From Dendrobates tinctorius (Eukaryota): a DNA stretch of 64,000 nt. Location of the stretch: positions 6,448,001-6,512,000 of the forward strand of contig NW_027361850.1 in the NCBI RefSeq assembly GCF_039654945.1, in the 5' to 3' direction. Numbering within the stretch: position 1 is the stretch's first letter; every line of letters starts with the position of its first letter. The notes under the pieces were generated by a model. The model searched no databases, had not been told where the DNA came from, and worked only from the letters and a program-made list of their open reading frames with translations. Position numbers and translations under genes: made by a program. Below are positions 50,318-62,681 of the stretch, in pieces.

Positions 50318-52699
50318 TTAACCCATTTACACATATTTTCCCCTATCCCCATTGTTCTCATTTTATGTATCAACCTTTTGTGTGGCACCGTATCAAAAGC
50401 TTTTGAAAAGTCCATGTACACTACGTCCACTGTGTTCCCTTGGTCCCGTCCGGAACTTACCTCTTCATAGAAACTGATCAGATTAGTCTGCCAGAAATGT
50501 TCTCTCGTAAACCCATGTTGATATTGGGTCATGAGGTTATTCTTCTTCAGATACTCCAGTATAGTATCTCTTAGAAAATCCTCTAGGATTTTACCCACAT
50601 TTGAGGTTAAGTTTACTGGCCTATAATTTCCAAGTTCAGTTTTTGTCCCCTTTTTGAATATTGGCACCACATTTACTATACACCAGTCCTGTGGTACAGA
50701 CCCTGTTATTATGGAATCTTTAAAGATTAAAAATAATGGTCTATCTATGACTGTACTTAATTCCTGCAGTACTCGGAGGTGTATCCCATCCGGGCCCGGG
50801 GATTTGTCAATTTTAGTGAATTTTAGTCTCTCTGTCTCAATCTTTGCTGTCTTGATTTGCTTTTTACAGAATTTATTTAATCTTCTGTATTTATTTAATG
50901 CCTCATCACTACCTACTTGATTTAAATCCTTAAATGCTTTATTTTTTATCTCTTATTGCACCCCTTACAGCTCTATTTAGCCATAGTGGTTTCCTCCTAT
51001 TTCTAGCATGTTTATTCCCATATGGTATATATTGTGCACAGGTCCTATTCAGGATGCTACTAAACGTCTCCCATTTTCTTTGTGTATTTTTATGTCTCAG
51101 GATATCGTCCCAGTTAATTGCACCAAGATCATCTCTCATTAATTGGAAATTTGCCTTCCTGAAGTTTAGTGTCCTTGTAACTGTTCTTCTCAGGGGTGAA
51201 CCTAGCCTCTCTGCTGCCTGAGGCGAACTGCAAAATGGCGCCCCCCGTAATAAAATCAGTATAAATAAATCTGGTTTACGCTTTACTAGCCTAACCTGAC
51301 GCACATGTAAAATACATACACAATAGGAATATATTTGAAACATCGATCCTTACACTTGTCTCCAGGGACTCAATGCCGCCAGAGGTGAAGTGATCAACTT
51401 GTTTCATTATAGGTGCACCCTTGGCCGGGGAACAGCGCTTACTGTAGCGCTTCTTCCCCGGCGGCCATCCTTGTGGTACTGACGCGGCACATGGGCGGCA
51501 CACAGTTGCCACACGTATTACACACACGGACACGGATATCTCAAGTATCGGTTTTTCCGGTACCGGAAATATCAGGATGTGTGAAAACAGCCTAAAACCA
51601 CATTCACACATTCAGTATTTGGTCAGAATTTTACTTCAGTATTTATAAGGCCAAATCGAGAATGAGTGATAAGTCCTGAAGTGGTGACATGTTTCTATTA
51701 TACTTTTCCTCTGATTATTCCACTCCAGATTTTGCCTTGCAAATACAGAGGTAACATACTGAACATGTGAACGTGGCCTGATAGCGTGTTTCTGTTACTT
51801 CTGACTTCCCGCAGACAGAAGTTACAGTCACAAGGTGATGCTAATAAAAGGTGAAGATGGCAGCGGGTAGTATAGTAGCAGGGCAGGGACCTAAGGTTAG
51901 AAGCACCATTCCAAGGCATCCCCCCCCAAAAAAAAACACAAAGTGGTGCTTAGAGTGCAGAAGCCCAGCATTAAATCTACACCAAAAATACATACACTGG
52001 GAAACCTAAAAAATACAGCAAAGCCCCAATAATCGGAGCAGATTGTTAACAACAAAAAATATATACTGTATATTAAAGACGAAATGAGGAAAAACGCAGT
52101 GTTTCTGCATTTAGGAGCATGGCACAGGGGGCAGAGAACCTGGATATATCAACAGCACCCAGGGTGTAGGATTTGGGGCCATTTTGCTGACACAAATTAC
52201 TTGTGAATAAAACTGGTGATAAATCTTATAAATTAGTGCTTAGTAATAGTGTAACAAATGCTGTAAGAACAATGGAGATTCCTCCTGCTTTGTCCCGGCT
52301 CTGCACCTTCCTGGGAGCAAACATTGCCCATGTGCACACAGATGGAGCTGCCATTAGGAATTTCGGGGCCCCATACTGACAAAATTTTCGGGGCCCCCTT
52401 GAGATTCCGCCCAGGCCCCACACCTCAAACTGTCCACAGTCCCCCCGCCCTCTCTTGGAAAAACTGCATACTCACCAATCACAGATTAACAGTTCTCATC
52501 ACCAGATCACACATATAGCCAGCAGCTTTTATTTTGTTTTTTAAGCCGCCACCATGACAAGGTAGACTCTTTTGGCCGAGCCCTACTCTACAATAACCAA
52601 TTAAACATTTTTTAAAATATCCAATACAATTTAGGTATATTTTTATTTATTTTTCCATTTTTTAAAATGATCAATAATGTCACATACGGGGGACAAATT

Positions 52700-53295
52700 C
52701 CATCGCATCATGACCAGACCACATATTACCACTACATAGTGATCTATAATACCACATACAAGGAACAAATGCTGCCACACCATGTCCATACCACATATTA
52801 CCACCACAGTGACCGAATAATATCACATACAAGGAACAAATACCACCACACCATGACCAAACCATATATTACCACCACATAGTGACCTATAGTACCACAT
52901 ACAAGGAACAAATACCACCACAGCATGTCCAGACAACATATTACCACCACATAGAGACCTATAATACCACATACAAGGAACAAATACTACCACACCATGT
53001 CCAGACACCATATTACCACCACAGTGACCGAATAATACCACATACAAGGAACAAATACCACCACACCATGACCAGACCACATATTACCACCACACAGTGA
53101 CCAAATAATACCACACATGGCCAGACACCATTTTACCACCACAGTGACCGAATAAAACCACATACAAGGAACAAATACCACCACACCATGACCAGACCAC
53201 ATATTACCACCACATGGTGACCATATAATAGCACATACAAGGAACAAATATCGCCACACTATGGCCAGACAACATATTACCACCACTTAGTGACT
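52700..53295. repeat. Minisatellite, ~60-62-bp unit
   Basis: catacaaggaacaaataccaccacaccatgaccagaccacatattaccaccac... repeated. Confidence 0.9.
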
Positions 53296-53359
53296 AAATA
53301 CTACAATACTGATCATTAACAAAAAACACAATACTAATATCACCTTAAGCACCATTATA

Positions 53360-53795
53360 CATAGGAGATCTGTAAATAGTATGCAGTGTCTGTGTACAGG
53401 TAATACAGTGATCACTAGTGACATACACAGGAGCTCTGTATATAGTCTCAGTGTACAGGTAATACAGTGATCACCAGTGATATACACAGGAGCTCTGTAT
53501 ACAGTGTCAGTGTACAGGTAATACAGTAATTACCAGTGACATTATACACAGGCGCTCTGCATATAGTGTCAGTGTACAGGTAATACAGTGATCAGCGGTG
53601 ACATTATACATGAGCTCTGTATATAGTGTCAGTTTATAGGTAATACAGTGATCACCAGTGACATTATACACAGCTCTGTATACAATGTCAGTGTACAGGT
53701 GATACAGTGATCACAGGTGACATTATACACTGGATCGCTGTATATAGTATGCAGAGTATAGTGTTAGTGTACAGGTAACACACTAACTCACCAGT
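53360..53795. repeat. Minisatellite, ~58-60-bp unit
   Basis: cagtgtacaggtaatacagtgatcaccagtgacattatacacaggagctctgtatatagtgt repeated. Confidence 0.9.
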
Positions 53796-54789
53796 GACGT
53801 CTCTAGGTGAAGTCCTTCATCTTTGCTTTTCATCCAGCACAGACCGCCATCACATCTTCCAGCCAGGGCTCATCTCTGCAGGAAATAACACAGTTATCCA
53901 GAGCACCGCTTGCAGAGCACATTAATTAATGTTATCCCAAATTCTAAACTACACCAGATGAATAAAAAAGCGACAGTGTCGCTCTGCACAGTAAGAGGAC
54001 CGCCTCCCCCATTTAAAACAGTATGCTCAAAAAATAAAATAAATACATCACTGCAGTAATAATATCCCTTGCTTAGCATGTAAAGCAGGAATAGAACAAT
54101 CCACAAAATAGATTATCTGTGTAGCAAGGTGGATATTAAAACTTAACCTTTATTAGGTAAAATTGTAAAACGCCAAATTAGTCAATCAAAAACAAAGGGA
54201 TACCATAGTGAAGGAAGTGCCCTATAACCAACGAACAGAAAAAGGGAAGGGGGGTTGTTAAAAAGGTACTACTGGCCTCTCAGATCCTCAATATTTATCT
54301 GACCTGATTGCAACATGACTATAGTTGCCCATAGGATATGTCATCCACTTGCCCAAGTAAGTCACAATAACATGTATGGGTATAACATCCTTTTCTTATA
54401 AGCACCACTTATTCGTACCATATAAATTAGATCATGTATATACTATTCATTGTATGGGCAATTATATTCATTTTGCTATCAGGACAGATTAACATGGAGG
54501 ATCTGAGAGGCCAGTAGTACCTTTTTAACAGCCCCCCCTTTTCTGTTCATTGGTTATAGGGCACTTCCTTCACTGTGGTACCCCTTTGCTTTTGTTGTTT
54601 GACTAATTTGGCTTTTTACAATTTTACCTAATAAAGGTTAAGTTTTAATATCCACCTTGCTACACAGATAATCCCTTAATTAGTCCCTGTGGTCATAATA
54701 TGCCCCATCCTGGCCCCCATGTGTCAAATTTCTGGTTCCAGCCATATGTTCTCCCATCCTGCCCTCCTGAGTATCCATTCTGCCCCTAT

Positions 54790-55200
54790 GTGATGTCCCA
54801 TCCTGCCCAATCTGTCCCATGATCCTGCTCCATCTGTCTCCATCCTGCACCATGATCCTGCCCCATCTGTCTCCATCCTGCCCCATGATCCTGCCCCCTC
54901 CGTCTCCAATCCTGCCCCCGTGCATCTCCAATCCTGCTCCCGTGCATCTCCAATCCTGCCCCCTGCATCTCCAATCCTGCCCCCATGCATCTCCAATCCT
55001 GCCCCCATGCATCTCCAATCCTGCCCCCTGCGTATCCAATCCTGCCCCCTGCGTCTCCAATCCTGCCCCCTGCGTCTCCAATCCTGCCCACGTGCTGTAT
55101 TCTGCCCCGTGCTCCATTCTGCCCCCATGCTCCATTCTGCCCTTGTGCTTCATTCTGCACCCTTCTCTATTCTGTCCCCGTGCTCCACTATGCCCCTGGG
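54790..55200. repeat. C-rich minisatellite, ~21-22-bp unit
   Basis: ctccaatcctgcccccatgcat and variants. Confidence 0.9.
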
Positions 55201-57122
55201 CAGGATGGAGACACATGGTCCATGTGTCTCCATCCTGCCAGTGAAACACACTGTGTTTTGCTGGTTTCAATTAAAAAAAAAGCTTTCTCCTTACCTTGCT
55301 GCGCTCCTGCGGCGATGCTCCCAGCCGGCCTCCAGGCTTTTTAAGAGCGCACTCGCCGACGAATGACAATGATGTCATACGCCGGCAACGTACACCCTGA
55401 CTTCAGCTGCCAGCCTCCGATTGGCTGGCGGCTTTAACCATTGCCATGCAGGCCTGAGCCCGCAAGGCAATAGAGTAGTAACTGAACCTGCGTCTCTGAC
55501 ACAAGTTCAGTTACTACACTGACAATCTGCCGCCCCCTCTCTTCAGGGACGCACCGCCACGCGAGGCAAAGTGCTCAACTTGCCTCATGGTAGGTGCGCC
55601 CCTGCCTCTTCTACACATCTTATTAAAGGATACGGATACCTGAAAACTTATTATTTTGTGATCACTATTACCCAAATGACCTCCAACCCTTATATTTGAT
55701 ATGCGGTCTGGATTGTTGGTTAATATTAGGTCTAGCAGTGCCCCCCCTTTTGTTGGGTCCTGAACCAGTTGTGAAAGGTAATTGTCTCTCATGGTTGTCA
55801 AAAACCTATTGCCTTTGCTGGAACTGCAGGTTTTTGTTCCCCAGTTTATTTCAGGGTAGTTGAAGTCTCCCATAATAATGACTTCTCCTTGAGTTGCTGC
55901 TTCATCTATTTGCTTTATGAGGATATTCTCTGTTGCTTCCAATATTTTTGGAGACTTATAACAAACCCCTATCAGTAAATAATTATTATTTAATTATTCT
56001 TTCCCCCTCCCCTTATCTCCACCCACAAGGACTCTACATTTTCATTAGATTCACATATATTATCACGCATGATGGGTTTTAAGGATGATTTTACATATAA
56101 ACACACCTCCCCCTCGCTTATTTGTACGGTCATTTCTGAACAGACTATAGCCCTGTAAATTAACAGCCCAGTCATGGCTCTCGTCCAGCCATGTCTGAGA
56201 TATCCCTACCATGTCATAATTATGTTCCAACAAAATTAATTCTAATTCCTCCATTTTGTTGGCGAGGCTTCTGGCATTAGTATACATGCCCTTTATGTAT
56301 CTCTCTGTACCTCGATTCTTTCTTAAATTATGAACTGTTTTAACCCCACCCCTAATTTCATTATTTGTGCCCTCCTATAAAATGAATACCCTCCCCCCCG
56401 CAATCCCAAGTTAAAACACTCCTCCAGCCTTCTAGACATTTTCTCCCTCAGCACAGCTGCACCTTCCCTATTGAGGTGCTTCCCGTCCCTAGCGTAGAAA
56501 CTGTAGCCAAGTGAGAAATCGTCCCAGTTCTCCAGGAACCCAAACCCCTCCTTCCTACACCAATTCTTGAGCCACTTATTAACCTCCTTAATCTCCCATT
56601 GCCTCTCTGGCGTGGCACATGGTACAAGCAGTATTTCATAAAATACCACCTTGGAGGTCCTAGCTTTAAACTTGCTGCCTAATTCCCTGAAATCATCTTT
56701 AAGGACCTATAACAAGATATTAAAGCATTTTCAAGTTCCCCTTACCTCAGTTTGAAATGCAATTAAGAAATGGCAGTTAACAAGAACAGTGGAGGTCAAG
56801 ATAAGGTCTGGAAGACCAAGCAACATTACAGTGAGAGCAGTTTGTAGGATTGCTAGAGAGCCAAATCAGAACCCCCGATTGACTCCAAAACACCTTCAGA
56901 AAGATTTAGTAGACTCAGGAGTTGTGGAACATTGTAATACTGTACAGAAACACCTGCATAAATATGGCCTTAATGGAAGAGTCATCTGAATAAAATGTCT
57001 CCTGCGTCCTCATCATAAAATTCAGCTTCAGAAGTATGCAAAAGAACATCTAAATAAGCCTAATGCATTTTGGAATAATTCCTCCCGATTGATGAACTCT
57101 TTAGCCACAGTTATCAAAGGTA

Positions 57123-58750
57123 CAGTGCCTTGCGAACGTATTCGGCCCCCTGGAACTTTTCAACCTTTTCCCACATATCATGCTTCAAACATAAAAATAC
57201 CAAATGTAAATTTTTGGTGAAGAATCAACAAGTGGAACACAATTGTGAAGTTGAATGAAATTTATTGGTTATTTTAAATTTTTGTGGAAATGCAAAAACT
57301 GAAAAGTGGGGCATACAATATTATTTGGCCCCTTTACTTTCAGTGCAGCAAACTCACTCCAGAAGTTCATTGTGGATCTCTGAATGATCCAATGTTGTCC
57401 TAAATGACTAATGATAGTAAATATAATGCACCTGTGTGTAATCAAGTCTCCGTATAAATGCACCTGCTCTGTGATAGTCTCAGGGTTCTGTTTGAAGCAC
57501 AGAGAGCATCATGAAGACTAAGGAACACAACATGGAGGTCCGTGATACTATTGTGGAGAAGTTTAAAGCTGGATTTGGATCCAAAATGATTTCCAAAACT
57601 TTAAACATCCCAAGGAGCACTGTGTAAGCGATCATATTGAAATGGAAGGAGTATCATACCACTGCAAATCTACCAAGACCCTGCCGTCCCTCTAAACTTT
57701 CATCTCAAACAAGGAGAAAACTGATCAGAGATGCAACCAAGAGGCCCATGATCACTCTGGATGAACTGCAGAGATCTACAGCAGAGGTGGGACAGTCTGT
57801 CCATAGGACAACAATCAGTCATACACTGCACAAATCTGGCCTTTATGGAAGAGTGGCAAGAAGAAAGCCATTTCTCAAAGATATCCATAAAAAGTGTCGT
57901 TTAAAGTTTGCAACAAGTCACCTGGGAGACACACCAAACATGTGGAAGAAGGTGCTCTGGTCAGATGAAACCAAAATCGAACTTTTTGGCAACAATGCCA
58001 AACGATATGTTTGGCGAAAAGGCAACGCAGCTCATCACCCTGAACACACGATCCCCACTGTCAAACATGGTAGTGGCAGCATCATGGTTTGGGCCTGCTT
58101 TTCTTCAACAGGGACAGGGAAGATGGTTAAAATTGATGGGAAGATGGATGGAGCCAAATACAGGACCATTCTTGAAGAAAACCTGTTGGAGTCTGCAAAA
58201 GACCTGAGACTAGGACGGAGATTTGTCTTACAACAAGACAATGATCCCAAACATAAAGCAAAATCTACAATGGAATGGTTCACTAATAAATGTATCCAAG
58301 TGTTAGAATGGCCAAGTCAAAGTCCAGACCTGAATCCAATCGTGAATCTGTGGAAAGAGCTGAAAACTGCTGTTCACAAAATGATCTCCATCAAACCTCA
58401 CTGAGCTCGAGCTGTTTGCCAAGGAAGAATGGGCAAGAATTTCTGTCTCTCGATGTACAAAACTGATAGAGACATACCGCAAGCGACTTGCATCTGTAAT
58501 CACAGCAAAAGGTGGCGCAACAAAGTATTAAGTTAAAGGGGCCGAATAATATTGCACGTTCCACTTTTCAGTTTTTGAATTTCCACAAAAATTTAAAATA
58601 ACCAATAAATTTCGTTCAACTTCACAATTGTGTCCCACTTGTTGTTGATTCTTCACCAAAAATTTACATTTGGTATCTTTTTGTTTGAAGCATGATATGT
58701 GGGAAAAGGTTGAAAAGTTCCAGGGGGACGAATACTGTTGCAAGGCACTG
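57123..58750 (+). mobile_element. Complete Tc1 element with a disabled transposase, nested in the outer Tc1
   Basis: TA-CAGTGCCTTGC ... GCAAGGCACTG-TA with long TIRs. Transposase runs from ATG 57511 to ~58530 with a premature TAA at ~57626. Motifs WSDETK, QDNDPKH, SPDLNPIVNLW (catalytic E replaced by V). Confidence 0.93.
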
Positions 58751-59447
58751 TATGTGTGAAGAAAAAAGGGCACAGAATTTCAGGAAAAGAATATCTTGAC
58801 ACCCATTAAGCATGGATATGGATCAATCATGCTTTGGAATTGAGTTGCAGAGAACATTTCACTGGTAGAGAGAAGAAAGGATTCAATAAAATGTCAACAA
58901 ATTCTTGATGCAAATATATCAACATCTGTAAAAACAAAAAAGCTAAAGTTGTAAAGAGGATGGCTTCTACAAATAGATAATGACCCTAAACACACGTCAA
59001 AATCCACAATATGTATTGTAATGGCCCTCACAGTCCCCTGATCTGAGCATCATTGAAAATCTGTGGCCAAGCCTCAAAATAGCAGTGAATGCAAGATGAC
59101 AGAACTGGAAGAATTTTCCAAGGAAGAATGGATGAAAATCCCTCAAACAAGGACTGAAAGACGCTTGGCTGGCTAAAGAAAGTATTTACAAGCTGCTATA
59201 CTTTTAAAAGGGGGTGCTTCTATGTACTAACCATACAAGGTGCCTAACCTTTTGCATCAGACCATTTTCCTTTTTATAATTTTTAAAATGTAAAAGATGA
59301 AATTATATACAGTATTATTTTTGCTTAAAACACAAAGGAAATGCCTCTTTAACTTTAGGCCTTTTAGAAATCATTTCATCTTCAACTGCTTAACTGTTCA
59401 CAATAATAGTAATCGTGACCAAGGTGCCCAAACTTTTCTGTTACATG

Positions 59448-59451
<4 letters not shown>

Positions 59452-59523
<72 letters not shown>
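59452..59523. repeat. (TA)n microsatellite at the Tc1 terminus
   Basis: Pure TA run. Confidence 0.97.
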
Positions 59524-59528
<5 letters not shown>

Positions 59529-59728
59529 CATAGCATACGAGTAACCTGAATAGCATGCTTTACACATTCTTATATATTTTCTGTTGAACATTAGTCATCA
59601 AGAATTACATTAGAGAAAGTACATAAGGAAGCAGCATGCTGGACATTAAGATAGACATAAACAAATGCTTCATTGTCAGTAAATCCTTGATAATAGAGAC
59701 AATTTATACAATGACTTCCATAACAAAC

Positions 59729-59902
59729 CGTTTTGCTCATTGGATGGTAATAACTCAACACCGGGAATCTGCGGCTTTGCCTGAAAGAAGCAGCTCGCTT
59801 CAGATTGCCATCAGAACAGGATACAGGTACAATAATCTTCTCTGGATAGCTTGGGCAAACCTTAAAGTTTTCATTCACACCACTTAGCCTCCAAGCATCT
59901 GT
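59729..59902 (-). CDS. MTMR9-like exon 4
   Basis: cctag|TDAWRLSGVNENFKVCPSYPEKIIVP...FRQSRRFPVLSYYHPMSKT|gtttgt; 174 nt. Confidence 0.93.
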
Positions 59903-60005
59903 CTAGGAAGACACACAATTAACACTGATGTCGCAAATCTCACACTTAACAATTTGTAAGCTTTAATATTTAATTTTGCATGTTTTTAATGTTTAATCAA
60001 GTCAC

Positions 60006-60131
60006 CTCATTTTTGAGCTTGTGATAAAAATTTTCCATGGTATCCCTCGGCCATCCTTTTCCTAACTTACAGCCAGCTGGTCTGAAGAAAAATGGGTAGC
60101 TGAGAGAAATGTCATTCAGCGAGGAGAGAGC
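60006..60131 (-). CDS. MTMR9-like exon 3 (exons 1-2 not found, probably right of the window)
   Basis: ctgcag|ALSSLNDISLSYPFFFRPAGCKLGKGWPRDTMENFYHKLKNE|gtgact; 126 nt; not in the ORF track. Confidence 0.88.
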
Positions 60132-60567
60132 CTGCAGACATATGACATCTGATTAGAATTACAGCATTCTCCTGCTGACAACCTCCATTTCCCTATGACA
60201 ACACCTTCACCCGTTAATTCTGTTCCATTCCTTTCTGGATTGACCATCCTGCGCTCCCTGACGCTGGTCTCCGGCCTACTATGATCACCCCACTAGCTTT
60301 TTCTACAGCGTGAGTACAGATAGTAGTTTGTGGTTATTATTATTATCATGTTATTATATTGGTTTTAGTACCTCTAAAGCTGCATTTACTCTGAGAAAGA
60401 TAATCATGAATGAGCATTTTTAAAACCACTCGGTTCACGATTATCTTGCATTGTAAAAATGTCATTTAGTGAACTAGGAAAACACTCATTCAGTGGGTGA
60501 TATAAATATTTGTGCAGCACAAAAGATCATCCTTCTCGGCGGTGCATTGTTCTATGTAAGTTTAAAA

Positions 60568-61326
60568 CCCCTTAATGTTATGAACAGCTGACATGTGCCC
60601 GCAATAGGCGCGAGCGGAATCGCCGCCCACGCCTATTAACTAGTTAAATCCCGCTGTCAAAGCTGACAGCGGGCATTTAAATAGCATTTCCGGCCGCCGC
60701 GCCGGAAATGACGTCATCGCCGACCCCGTCATGTGATCGGGGGTCGGCGTCATGTTGCCTGGACAACCAGAGGTCTCTATGAGACCTCTATGGTTGTTCC
60801 AGGCATATGGCTTTCAGCGCTACCCGGTGGTCGGCGCTGAAAGCACAGCAGTAAATCTACTACATATGGGCGATCTGCTCATTGCCCATATGTAGCAGAG
60901 ACGATCGGGTAGCGCATGCTTCTAGCATGCCAAAAGTTAAAAAAAAAAAGTTTAAAAATAAAAAAAATTAAAAAAAAGCAAAAAGTTCAAATCACCCCCC
61001 TTTCGCCCCAATCAAAATAAAACAGTAAAAAAAAATCCCACATACACATATTAGGTATCACCGCGTTCAGAATCGCCCGATCTATCAATAAAAGAAAGCA
61101 TTAACCCGATCGCTAAACGGCGTAGTGAGAAAAAAATTCAAAACGCCAGAATTTCGTTTTTTTGGTCGCCAAGACATTGCATTAAAATGCAATAACGGGT
61201 GATCAAAAGAACGAATCTGCACAATAGTGGTATCATTAAAAACGTCAGCCCGGCACGGAAAAAATAAGCCCTCACCCGACCCCAGATCATGAAAAATGGA
61301 GACGCTATGGGTCTCGGAAAATTGCG

Positions 61327-61362
<36 letters not shown>

Positions 61363-61739
61363 CAAACTTTGGAATTTTTTTTCACCACTTAGATAAAAGA
61401 AGATATAGACATGATTGATGTCTATGAACTTGTAATGACCTTGAGAATCATAATGGCAGGTCATATTTAGCATCTAGTGAACCTAGCAAAAAAGCCAAGC
61501 AAAAAACCAGTGTGGGATTCCACTTTTTTTGCAATTTCACCGCACTTGGAATTTTTTTCCCATTTTCGAGTACATGACATGGTAAAACCAATGGTGTCAT
61601 TTAAAAGTACAACTCGTCCCGCAAAAAACAAGCCCTCACATGGCCATATAGACGGAAAAATAAAAAAGTTATGGCTCTGGAAAGAAGGGGAGGGAAAAAT
61701 GAAAATGCAAAACCAAAATTACCCCTGGTCGTTAAGGGG
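60568..61739. mobile_element. piggyBac-like non-autonomous element
   Basis: AA-CCCCTTAATG ... CGTTAAGGGG-TT inverted ends; TTAA flanks degraded. Confidence 0.6.
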
Positions 61740-61807
61740 TTGTTTAAGTGTAATGATTGATCCATTACAGGTCATTCAGTGTAGATTGTTTACTTCGGTC
61801 TGCCTGT

Positions 61808-62681
61808 GTAAGCAGGCTATTAAACGACTGCCAATAGATAAAGGCTTACCAGTCTGCAGTTGTATTGTACAGTTGGTCGGACGTGTGTAAACAGGGTATT
61901 ACATGATCGCCGATAGATAAAGGCTTATCAGTCTGTGGTTGTATTGTACAGTTGGTCGGACTTGTGTAAACAGTATATTACATGATCGCCAATAGGTAAA
62001 GGTTTACCAGTCTCCGGCTGTATTGTACAGTTGATAAGACTTGTGTAAACAGGGTATTACATGACCACCGATAGGTAAAGATTTACCGGTCTGTAGTTGT
62101 ATTGTACAGTTGGTCGCACATGTGCAAACAGTGTATTACATGCCCGCCGATAGATAAAGGTTTACCGGTCTCAGTTGTATTGTACAGTTGATCAGACTTG
62201 TGTAAACAGGGTATTACAAGACCACCGATAGGTAAAGGTTTACCGGTCTGCAGTTGTATTGTACAGTTGGTCGGACTTGTGTAAACAGGGTATTACATGA
62301 CCACCGATAGGTAAAGGTTTACCGTTCTGCAGTTGTATTGTACAGTTGGTCGGACTTGTGTAAACAGGGTATTACATGCCCGCCGATAGATAAAGGTTTA
62401 CCGGTCTGCAGTTGTATTGTACAGTTGGTCGGACTTGTGTAAACAGGGTATTACATGACCACCGATAGGTAAAGGTTTACCGGTCTGCAGTTGTATTGTA
62501 CAGTTGGTCGGACTTGTGTAAACAGGGTATTAAACGACCACTGATAGGTAAAGATTTACCAGTCTGTAGTTGTATTGTACAGTTGATTGGGCTTGTGTAA
62601 ACAGGATGTTAAACGACAGCCAATAGGAAAAGGTTTACCGATCTGTGGTTGTATTGTACAGTTTGTCGGGCTTGTGTAAAC
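61808..62681. repeat. Tandem array of a 79-bp unit, ~11 copies
   Basis: gtaaacagggtattacatgaccaccgataggtaaaggtttaccggtctgcagttgtattgtacagttggtcggacttgt; period 79 (62281 to 62360). Confidence 0.95.

Larger units (their letters stand above)
51191..55604. mobile_element. hAT-like composite insertion carrying minisatellites
   Basis: TIR CAGGGG(T/C)G(A/C)ACCTA; flanks GTTCTTCT / CCTCTTCT; CR1 sequence resumes directly after. Confidence 0.7.
48555..56708 (-). mobile_element. CR1 LINE split by MITEs and a hAT composite (RT 48555-51190; APE and ORF1 55605-56708)
   Basis: RPHLEYCVQFW, SGVPQGSALGPLLF, IFADDTKL, NYRPVNLTS, DFSKAFD; YTNARSL, MGDFNYP, GNSDHKII; ORF1 SGNH-esterase-like NKWLKNWC...DGKHLN. 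Confidence 0.9.
47953..59451 (+). mobile_element. Degenerate Tc1 element (outer shell of a nested cluster)
   Basis: Inverted termini gcatgtaaaagtttgggcacccctggtca... / ...tgaccaaggtgcccaaactttt; decayed transposase (RSGRP) at 56710-57120 and 58753-59225. Confidence 0.78.

Noticed and set aside
54680-55366. Repetitive ORFs in several frames (GAGLE.., PILPP..)
   Set aside because: Stop-free translations of a 21-22-bp minisatellite; no splice or homology support. Likewise 52667-53286.
57637-58404. Active or domesticated Tc1 transposase
   Set aside because: Premature stop upstream of this ORF, catalytic Glu replaced by Val (NPIVNLW) and a C-terminal frameshift.
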